Shown one piece after another: positions 9,756-17,016 of a stretch of 32,000 bases of DNA. The stretch comes from Pyrodictium abyssi. Lineage in GTDB: Archaea > Thermoproteota > Thermoprotei_A > Sulfolobales > Pyrodictiaceae. Under the pieces are notes generated by a model that searched no databases, was not told the origin of the DNA, and saw only the letters and a program-made list of their open reading frames with translations. Location of the stretch: positions 630,001-662,000 of the forward strand of contig NZ_AP028907.1 of NCBI RefSeq assembly GCF_036323395.1, given 5' to 3'. A program made the translations under genes and the position numbers. The stretch's first letter is position 1; the number at the start of each line of letters is the position of its first letter.

Positions 9756-10862
9756 CCCTCCCGAGCTCGTCCACTCTACGCTGAAGCCCACCACTACCAG
9801 CACAGTGTCGAGGAGCACGCCCTCCCCGGCCTCGTAGTACGCGGTCACACCGTAGTAGGCCGCTGTAGCGTTCTCGAAGCGCCACGCCTCCTCATCCACG
9901 GTTATAGTGTCCTCTGGCTGCAGCCAGCCACTAGGCTTGTCAAAGCCCACCCGGGCAACCTCCTGCCCAAGCACCAGGACATCGTAGCCGGCCACTATGG
10001 CCTCGTTGACGTACAATGTAGCCGAAGGTGGATGGAATATGTAGGCCAGCGTTATGTTAAAGAGCCAGTTGCCGTCCTCGTCCATGAACACTAGTGTTAC
10101 AGTGACGTTAGTCGCGCGGGTTATCCCGTCGCTTATCGTATTCCGCTATAATCCAGGACTGGGTATGGTTCAGAAAGCTATCATACACATAGATGTCAGC
10201 AGGCCTATCGTCGTAGCCTACTACTAGAGATAGTTATTGTCACCGGTGTGAGCGTTGGACAGCTTTACCGTAATGCCGAATCATACCACCACTCGACAAG
10301 CCTGTCAGAGACGTTCTTGTACACGTACTCTTGTCCGTTACTCTCGTTGCGTATAACAAGGTATATCTTTGCAACCTTGTTTACGAGTTCTTGCACTATA
10401 CTGTAAGCTGTATAACCTAGCTCTGGCAGGCCCTGCGACTCCACACTACTTCTTATCGCATTCTCAATCCCTTCAATCTTAGTTTCATTGCGGATTTGGT
10501 ATACAGGCTGATTATTAGGGAACTCCCCAGACTTTTTCACTCGTGTATGTGCCTTTGCCCTCGAATTCTGCTGCTTCTCTTATTATTAGTATCAGGTAGC
10601 GGAAGTACTGTTTTAGCTCTTCGGCGTTCTCTAGCTTCACCTTAAACCACGGGTTCACAGAGACCATACCCTGGGCGTCGGAGGCAGCGCCTATGGCTAG
10701 CGGTTTCACGACCTCAAAGTGCACCGGCTCTTCCCGGGCACCCGCTAGGCCAAGGGCATAGAAGACACCAGGTGTGCCCGTGAGCACTGCTGCAAAGCCT
10801 GCTAGCAGGGCGAGGGCGGCAGCCGAGGCCATAACGCCAGCAACGGGCGGGAGCATGACCAA
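9756..10862 (-). pseudogene. Decayed or frameshifted cannula-family (CanA-like) paralog
   Basis: N-terminal piece 10515..10862 (ASAAALALLAGFAAV...FYALG...EEPVHFEVVKPLAIGAASDAQG) and mid piece 10265..10540 lie in different frames; a GYDDRPADIYVYDSFLNHTQSWIIAEYD piece lies around 10140-10220; the C-terminal piece GWLQPEDTITVDEEAWRFENATAAYYGVTAYYEAGEGVLLDTVLVVVGFSVE is the start of ORF 9024..10091. Each piece aligns by eye to the intact 24500..25669 product. Confidence 0.75.
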
Positions 10863-11010
10863 TACGCGCCACAGCCCCGAGGCTCGGTGGAGCGGGCAGA
10901 AACCGAGCGCAGATGTTCTGCACCAAGTGACGCATTAAATGGGCGAGGAGATGTGGGAAAAACCGTGTTAGCGGGGTTATGGGGCTCTCATATGGGCCTG
11001 GCTATGGGTG

Positions 11011-11535
11011 TTAGCTGACGCTTAGCACCTGGAAGTTGAGGATCACTGGTAGGCTGTCGAACAGCATACCCTCCTTGGCCTCGTAGTAGGCTTCAACCTT
11101 TAGCTGTATCTTGTTAGTGCTACTGTAGTCGTCGTTGTCTAGTATTATGACTGCGCTGGGCTTCTTGAGGCTTAGCACAGCCTTGGTCTCCTCAACAGTA
11201 CTAGAGGCATTGCTTGTGAGTACTAGCTGTAGGTACTTGAAGTATGGCCTTAGCTGGGCAGCATTGGCTAGAGTCACCTTTAGCTTTACTACGTTCACGT
11301 CAGTATAGTTTATTATTTTTACGTAGCCCATATCCTTGTAGCCCTGTGCGCCAGCAGCAGGAGCTATGGTGTTGTCTAGGTGGCTCTCTACGTCTATTGG
11401 CTCTTGCACTGCTTGTGCTGTGCCGGTGGCGTAGAAGCTGTTGAGCGGGCTCTGGGTGGTGGCGAAGCCAGCTAGCAGGGCGAGGGCGGCAGCCGAGGCG
11501 ATGATACCCGCTATAGCTAGGGTTGTGTACCTCAT
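11011..11535 (-). CDS. Short cannula (CanA/B/C)-like secreted structural protein
   Basis: MRYTTLAIAGIIASAAALALLAGFATTQSPLNSFYATGTAQAVQEPIDVESHL...KLKVTLANAAQLRPYFKYLQ...YYEAKEGMLFDSLPVILNFQVLSVS. ATG at 11533-11535; TATA-like element at about 11601-11606 (minus strand TTATAA). Confidence 0.9.
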   Translation of the reverse strand: MRYTTLAIAGIIASAAALALLAGFATTQSPLNSFYATGTAQAVQEPIDVESHLDNTIAPAAGAQGYKDMGYVKIINYTDVNVVKLKVTLANAAQLRPYFKYLQLVLTSNASSTVEETKAVLSLKKPSAVIILDNDDYSSTNKIQLKVEAYYEAKEGMLFDSLPVILNFQVLSVS

Positions 11536-11691
11536 GGCTCGAGGCACCTTCCCGTCTATGTTTTTGTTCTGTCAAGTGTTATGTAGAAGTTGTTTCTGGC
11601 TTATAATATCTGTGGTCTTCGGGTATAGCCCTATAGTTCACAGTTGTTGAAGAACAGGGTGCACGGGTTGTTGCCGCGGTTTTGAGCGGCG

Positions 11692-12888
11692 TTAGGGCCT
11701 GCAGTAGCCTGGGTCTGTGGAGTAGTCTAGTATCACCTTGAAGCGATAGGGTAGGCTCGTTGTACACGTGTCTATCCTTATCTCCGCTGTGAGCGGGACT
11801 GCGGGGTAGCTGTGGCCGCCGAGCTGTATTGCGACGCAGTCTCCCTCGTCTATTGTTATCTCGGCCTCGGGGTCGGAGGGCGTCAGCTCGCCCACCATGT
11901 TGTGGTTCGCGTCGTATAGTCTTACCTGGATGCCGCATACAGCGTGGTGGGGCTGTACGCCCTCTAGCTCTATCTCGAGGTCTATGGGCGTGTCTCTGCC
12001 GTCTAGGCAGCCGCAGTCCCGGTCGAGGATCACGTACAGCGTGTAGTTGGCTGCTACTATGCACCCGGATGGGCCGCAGCTTGTCTCCGAGCAGTCTGGG
12101 TAGATGCGCACATGCACATGTGTCCTGCCGTAGAGTATCCAGGCCTCGGGGCACTGCTGGGTGCTCGTGGTCGTCGTGCTTGTTGTGGTGCTCGTCTTTG
12201 TGGCCGTGCTGGTCGTAGTGGTGTTTACCGGCGGTGCTGTGACGGTTACCGTCGTGGTTACTGTCACCGTGGCTGTGCCGTTGGGCTGTGTCGTGGTTGT
12301 CGTGTAGGTGTACGTGTAGGTCTGGTTGTAGCTGGCTGGGCCTAGGTAGATTGTTCCCGTCTCCTGGTCGGCGACCGTCACTAGGAGTGGCACTGCTACT
12401 GTGGCGCTAGTGTTGCAGTCCCGTGGCTCGTAGTAGATCCTCGCCGCGAGGACCGCGTAGCGTGTTGTGCCGTTCTCTGCCCAGCTGCCTGCGTCGAGGA
12501 CTATTGCTGCCGAGGGGTCCTGGAGCGACATGGTTGCGAGCAGCTCGTTGTTCACCGTGTTGAATACCTCGATGTGGAGCGCCCGGAGCCTGCCTGCCAG
12601 CATGTCCAGGTTGGCTATGGATAGTACTAGTCTCGCAACGTCGACTCCCGCTGCAGGCTCTATCCGGAGCCACTCGCCTACTTCTAGGCTCTGGGGGCCA
12701 CATGCCCCGGGGGCTATCTGGAGGATAGGGGTCTCCAGTACCGATACCTTTACCGGCTTGTAGGGGGCGCTCACCTCGCCGGTGGCGTAGAACCCTGTGA
12801 GAGGGCTAACCGTGGTAGCGAAGACTGCCGCTAGGGCCAGGGCTAGCGTAGAGGCCAGTAGAGCTGCGAGGCCGAGACGGCGGTCCAT
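11692..12888 (-). CDS. Divergent cannula-like N-domain fused through a Thr-rich linker to a Cys-rich C-terminal domain
   Basis: MDRRLGLAALLASTLALALAAVFATTVSPLTGFYATGEVSAPYKPVKV... matches the family N-terminus (ATTxSPLxxFYATG); linker TYTYTYTTTTTQPNGTATVTVTTTVTVTAPPVNTTTTSTATKTSTTTSTTTTSTQQ; the following domain has 10 Cys. TATA-like ACTATATAAG at 12991-13000. Annotated ORF is 11692..12981; ATG at 12888 is the more likely start. Confidence 0.75.
   Translation of the reverse strand: MDRRLGLAALLASTLALALAAVFATTVSPLTGFYATGEVSAPYKPVKVSVLETPILQIAPGACGPQSLEVGEWLRIEPAAGVDVARLVLSIANLDMLAGRLRALHIEVFNTVNNELLATMSLQDPSAAIVLDAGSWAENGTTRYAVLAARIYYEPRDCNTSATVAVPLLVTVADQETGTIYLGPASYNQTYTYTYTTTTTQPNGTATVTVTTTVTVTAPPVNTTTTSTATKTSTTTSTTTTSTQQCPEAWILYGRTHVHVRIYPDCSETSCGPSGCIVAANYTLYVILDRDCGCLDGRDTPIDLEIELEGVQPHHAVCGIQVRLYDANHNMVGELTPSDPEAEITIDEGDCVAIQLGGHSYPAVPLTAEIRIDTCTTSLPYRFKVILDYSTDPGYCRP
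12162..12345 (-). repeat. Low-complexity Thr/Val codon tract encoding an extracellular linker
   Basis: Degenerate gtggtcgt/gtgttt/gtgctc triplet runs translating to TTTTSTATKTSTTTSTTTTST and TVTVTTTVTVT. Confidence 0.7.
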
Positions 12889-13198
12889 GGACGTGAGCAC
12901 CCTCGCGGAGCGCCTAGGGGCCACGGCCCCCTCTGGGGCAGGGTTTGCTCTACCCCGGGGGCCCCGTGCTGGGCTCCACACAGCCAGATACTTATATAGT
13001 CCTGGCCAGGGCCAATGTACCCTAGGACCGGTACTCTAGACACCGCCATGGAGCCAAGCATAGCCGTGGCTGTCCTAGCCCCGGCCTCCGGGGCTTCCTC
13101 GAGGCCCCTGCTGAGAGGTGCCTGGCATGCGGCTACCGCTACCGCTGCCCCGGCGTATCAAGATACGGCGCGAGCCCCGGCTAGCAGACATCTGGATC

Positions 13199-14275
13199 AT
13201 GCAGCGCTGGCCTATTGAGTCGCTCGACGCCTGCAAGATGGCGGACCCCCCGTTCGCCGACATAAACGGCGTGGGCGCTGTGCTGGAGAGGCTCGTGGAC
13301 CAGGTCGTGGCGGGGCGGGGCGGCATATACATAATAGTCGGGGCCCCGGGCTCCGGCAAGTCCACGCTCCTCAAGACCCTGCATAACCGGCTCCGCCGGG
13401 GCGGTATATACTCCCTCTACATGGATACCGCTGGGCGGAGCCTCGACGACTTCGTGGCTAGCCTCTGCTCTATCCTCGGCTGCCGCGAGGTCTCGCTCGA
13501 CTCGCTCATGGAGAGGATACGCGAGAAAGCCGCGGAAGAGGGCACCATGGCCCTGCTCCTGGACGACATCGACCGCATATCCGGGGGCAACATGGACGAT
13601 GTGGGCAAGCTGCTTACGGGCCTCACTGCTGTCCAGCGGGAGATCGGCCGCGGGCTCTTCATAGCCTTCAGCATGGCCCGTGAGAGCCTGGCAAGGCTCA
13701 CCCTAGACCCCCTGATGAGGGGCCTCGTCAAGTCCTACATGGAGGTTATAGACCTTGACGAGCACCTCGTGAACTCCCCCACCGATCTCTCCAGGCTCCT
13801 CTACGCCCACTTCGAGCGGGCCCGGCCGCCCAACCCAGACCCCAAGGCCGCTGCTATACTCAACCGGTACCCGCTCCACCCTATCCGCGACCAGAACGTC
13901 ATAAACATGCTCTACGAGATACTCGGCACAGATACGCCGCGCATGTACCTCGAGAAGGTGGACGAGCTGCTAAGGATAGCCATACGCGCCCGCTCACGCG
14001 TCGTGAGCATAGCACACCTAAACATACTAGCGAGGAGGCTCATCCAGGCCCGGCGCGAGGCTGTGCCCATTACCCAGATACAGGTCATGCTGGTCCGCCG
14101 CTACGTGAACGGCCTGATAGCCGGCGGCCTCGTAGTGCTAGGCACAGTTGCCATAACCCTGGCGGCGATAAACCTAGTCCCGCCGGGCCTCAAGCTGCCC
14201 TACGTAGTGGTCGGCCTAGTGCTGATGCTCGCCGGTATACTGGTGCACATGAGGTCCATAGCTAGGCCGGGCTGA
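13199..14275 (+). CDS. AAA/STAND-type P-loop ATPase with two C-terminal transmembrane helices
   Basis: ORF 13118..14275; Walker A GAPGSGKSTLLKTL, Walker B TMALLLDDIDRI; C-terminus LIAGGLVVLGTVAITLAAINLVPPGLKLPYVVVGLVLMLAGILVHM. Start uncertain (13118 or ATG 13199). Confidence 0.8.
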   Translation: MQRWPIESLDACKMADPPFADINGVGAVLERLVDQVVAGRGGIYIIVGAPGSGKSTLLKTLHNRLRRGGIYSLYMDTAGRSLDDFVASLCSILGCREVSLDSLMERIREKAAEEGTMALLLDDIDRISGGNMDDVGKLLTGLTAVQREIGRGLFIAFSMARESLARLTLDPLMRGLVKSYMEVIDLDEHLVNSPTDLSRLLYAHFERARPPNPDPKAAAILNRYPLHPIRDQNVINMLYEILGTDTPRMYLEKVDELLRIAIRARSRVVSIAHLNILARRLIQARREAVPITQIQVMLVRRYVNGLIAGGLVVLGTVAITLAAINLVPPGLKLPYVVVGLVLMLAGILVHMRSIARPG

Positions 14276-14337
14276 GCAGCCGGGGCCCTATTTACGGGCC
14301 AGCCCATGCTAGATAGAACCGTGTCCGGGGGTCTGCT

Positions 14338-14919
14338 GTGAGCGAGTACCTCAACGTAGTGGTACCGGAGGAGAGGGGCGGTATACCCCCCGCCCTGGTG
14401 GCGCTGGTAGCGCTAGCAGCCATAGTGGCCGCTGGGCTCAGCGTCTCTGGGCAGCTGCCGCGCTTCGCCGTCATCCAGACGACGAGTATGGTCCCTACAC
14501 TGGTTCCGGGAGACGTGGTGATGATAACGAAGGTTGACCCGATGTCGATCGATGTCGGCGACGTGATAGCCTTCAACCTTGTAGCCTACGAGGTGGACGA
14601 GCAGGGGCGGCCCATCGACATGAAGGGCATCAAGATAACAGTGCACCGCGTGATAGAGAGGAAGATGATCAACGGCCGGCTCTACTTCCGCACCCAGGGC
14701 GATAACAACCCCGTGCCAGACCCCTGGCTCGTACCCGCCTCGGGCGTGCTGGGCAAGGCGGAGAAGGTTGCTAGCCTAGGCACCTTTGGCCTGGTACTGA
14801 CCAACCCCATAGGCAGGGTGTTCGTGATAATGATAATGCTGTCGTCACTAGTCCTGCTGGGCAGCACTATGTGGAGCTATAGTAAGGGTATACGCGAGGA
14901 TCTTGAGAACTACCTCTAG
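14338..14919 (+). CDS. Signal peptidase I (S26, archaeal/Sec11-like)
   Basis: 193 aa; IQTTSMVPTLVPGDVVMITKV (Ser box), KITVHRVIERKMINGRLYFRTQGDNNPVPDPWLVPASGVLGKAEKV, flanking N- and C-terminal TM segments. Confidence 0.9.
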   Translation: MSEYLNVVVPEERGGIPPALVALVALAAIVAAGLSVSGQLPRFAVIQTTSMVPTLVPGDVVMITKVDPMSIDVGDVIAFNLVAYEVDEQGRPIDMKGIKITVHRVIERKMINGRLYFRTQGDNNPVPDPWLVPASGVLGKAEKVASLGTFGLVLTNPIGRVFVIMIMLSSLVLLGSTMWSYSKGIREDLENYL

Positions 14920-15041
14920 GTCTAGGCGCATCTAGGGCCCATAGGGGCGGTAGAGGGGCAGAGGAGGACGGTGGGGAAAAGAGGGGAGGGGCGGCAGCCG
15001 GGGCCAGGGGGTTCCCTGGAGGGGCCGGCAGGGGGCGGGGC

Positions 15042-15482
15042 CTAGCCTGTGCTGCTGTCTTGCGTGTCCTCTAGGAAGGGCTTGCAGAGTGTCAGGTTCT
15101 CGGCTATGGTCTGGTTTAGGCTGTAGAGGGTCTTGCAGAGGTTCTCTAGCTCTTCGCCGCTCATGGTTACCTTGACGCCGTTTATCTCTAGGACTACGTT
15201 GCCGTCGCCGCCGCGGTAGAGGTTTATGGCGATGTTGTTGGAGCGGTTTACCAGCTCCACTATATCCTGGTGTATTTCGCGGACTAGCGTCTCGTTGAGA
15301 GTGCCCCTGGAGAGGGCAGTGGCGACCTTGGTGAGGTCCTGGCCCACCTGGTTAACGACAGTTGTGGCGTACTCGGCTATAGCCGTTACCATGGCCATCG
15401 CCACGACGAAGGTCAGCAGGCCCGACAGCATAGCCTCCTTTAGCACCCGGTTCACCGTCTCTAGATACCCACCGTAAGGCAT
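15042..15482 (-). CDS. N-terminally anchored small extracellular protein, unknown function
   Basis: 146 aa; TM AMLSGLLTFVVAMAMVTAIAEYATTV, ectodomain ending CKTLYSLNQTIAENLTLCKPFL; TATA-like GGATATATC at about 15521-15530. Confidence 0.7.
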   Translation of the reverse strand: MPYGGYLETVNRVLKEAMLSGLLTFVVAMAMVTAIAEYATTVVNQVGQDLTKVATALSRGTLNETLVREIHQDIVELVNRSNNIAINLYRGGDGNVVLEINGVKVTMSGEELENLCKTLYSLNQTIAENLTLCKPFLEDTQDSSTG

Positions 15483-15627
15483 CTATAATACTGTTGTTTC
15501 AAATGCACTATGTAATGGAGGCGATATATCCATGGCTGATACGGGCCGTGGAGCACGCTACCCATGTGCTGCGTGGAAGCGTTTTTCTACACGATAAGCC
15601 CCGGCGTACGGGATCCAGGGCGGCGGG

Positions 15628-15795
15628 GTGCCGGGGCGTACACCTCTACATAGGAGTGGGCAGCGTCGAGTAGACCAGCGGGTTGCACTAACACTTATCG
15701 TTGTAGGAGGCTTGCTCACCCCGTTCACGCCGTTTATAGGGGTAATCGTGATAGCTGCAGGAGCTGTTCTCCTAGCGATGCACGGGGACTACTAG
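15628..15795 (+). CDS. Possible small membrane protein
   Basis: Manually read GTG-initiated 55-aa ORF, not in the supplied track: VPGRTPLHRSGQRRVDQRVALTLIVVGGLLTPFTPFIGVIVIAAGAVLLAMHGDY*; hydrophobic hairpin-like C-half. Confidence 0.35.
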   Translation: MPGRTPLHRSGQRRVDQRVALTLIVVGGLLTPFTPFIGVIVIAAGAVLLAMHGDY

Positions 15796-15818
15796 CCCCG
15801 GGGGGCGTAAACAGCCGT

Positions 15819-16388
15819 TTAGACGCGGAAGCCTAGCTCCCGTAGCTTGTTTACTACAAAGCCCCTGTCCTCCTCGGGTAGCAGCTCTATCCCCTGCTTG
15901 ATTATCCTCTCGTCCACCTTCAGCTTGCCCTCCTCTATGTACTCGCGTATTATCCTTAGGTCCTCTGTGTCCGCCTCGCGGGCCGCCTTAGCCTTGAGGA
16001 CTATGTAGTCCTCTAGCCTTAGGAACCGGGCCTCGACACCGCCTATCTTCTTCTTGGGCGCATTCTCGAGCATCTCGGGGGGTATGTAGTAGTCGTGAAT
16101 GTTCTCGTAGAACTCTACGACGACCTCCTCACCGCTCGGGACACGGGCTATGAACTTGGGGGTGCCGAGCGCGGTGTAGGCTACCTGCCAGCCCTCCTCC
16201 TCGGCTACCGCGTGGTACTTCTCCTCCTCTATCAGGGGGCTGGGCTCGAGGACGAACACGTCCACGTCGTCCTCCAGCCTGCGGCGGCGCAGCTCCAGCT
16301 CAACCACAGTGCTGCCCACGACGACGCCGCGGATGCCGTGCCTCTGTAGCCTGGATAGCAGCCACGCCAGGTCCTCCAGCGTGTACAC
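15819..16388 (-). CDS. Nucleotidyltransferase-fold protein
   Basis: 189 aa; GIRGVVVGSTVVELELRRRRLEDDVDVFVLE and EARFLRLEDYIVLKAKAAREADTEDLRIIREYI, as in small NTase/DUF6036-like proteins. Confidence 0.7.
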   Translation of the reverse strand: MYTLEDLAWLLSRLQRHGIRGVVVGSTVVELELRRRRLEDDVDVFVLEPSPLIEEEKYHAVAEEEGWQVAYTALGTPKFIARVPSGEEVVVEFYENIHDYYIPPEMLENAPKKKIGGVEARFLRLEDYIVLKAKAAREADTEDLRIIREYIEEGKLKVDERIIKQGIELLPEEDRGFVVNKLRELGFRV

Positions 16389-16403
16389 CGGGGGCCACCA
16401 GGG

Positions 16404-16784
16404 CTAGCCGGCCAGCCCCTCGGACGTTATAACGTCTCTGCAGGGGGTCAGGTTGAGCGCGAGCCCGGGGTCGACGGCGTAGAGGGACCAGCAGAAGAGC
16501 CTCAGCTGGGTCTCGTTGAGCACGAGCCTCTCGCCGCCGACGTAGACCGGGGTGCCGTTCAGCGCCTCCACGGCGCCCCGCAGGGCCGCCTCCTCCAAGT
16601 CGGCGAGGTCGCGCTGCAGCCTATCGAGGAGGCTCCAATCGGGCTCCCCCTCGGCCACGGCCTCGACCACGGCCATGAGGTCGGGCAGGACGCGGTCCAC
16701 CAGGATACCCGCCACAAGCAGCGACGCGGCCAGGAGGGCTAGCGCGGGGGCGGCAGCCAGGGCTCCGCTGGCCACAGGGAGCAC
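16404..16784 (-). CDS. Small N-terminally anchored extracellular protein, probable paralog of 15042..15482
   Basis: 126 aa; TM ALAAAPALALLAASLLVAGILV; ectodomain ends LFCWSLYAVDPGLALNLTPCRDV, matching NLCKTLYSLNQTIAENLTLCKPF of the neighbour. Confidence 0.6.
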   Translation of the reverse strand: MLPVASGALAAAPALALLAASLLVAGILVDRVLPDLMAVVEAVAEGEPDWSLLDRLQRDLADLEEAALRGAVEALNGTPVYVGGERLVLNETQLRLFCWSLYAVDPGLALNLTPCRDVITSEGLAG

Positions 16785-17016
16785 CGGGTTATCTGGAGAC
16801 GCTCCGGGGTGTATATTAGTGACGCCCGGGGACCGGCTAGCCGCGCGCTACGCCCATATAACCGCGGGGCCCGGGGGAGGCCTGGGGCCGGGCCTCCCCG
16901 GCCTCCTGCGCCCGCCGCGCCTGGTTCCGCGGAGCCGCTGGATCGCCGCCACTATGGCTGCGAGCGCTACGAGGCTCAGGAGGAGGGCTAGCAGCACCCG
17001 GTTGCCGGCGAGCCTC

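Noticed and set aside
9024-10091. 355-aa continuous minus-strand ORF
   Set aside because: It crosses tRNA-Ile(GAT). Its first part is the tail of the decayed cannula paralog and its last ~100 aa is a separate PaREP1-like gene with its own ATG and TATA-like element. The middle is tRNA and intergenic sequence.
11579-12154. 191-aa minus-strand and 129-aa plus-strand ORFs over the Cys-rich domain
   Set aside because: Alternative frames of the 11692..12888 gene; the main frame has signal peptide, linker and paired Cys, the others do not.
9024-14919. Integrated virus or plasmid at tRNA-Ile
   Set aside because: No integrase, no duplicated tRNA 3' end noticed and no viral structural gene recognised. 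A direct-repeat search for the tRNA 3' end would be decisive.
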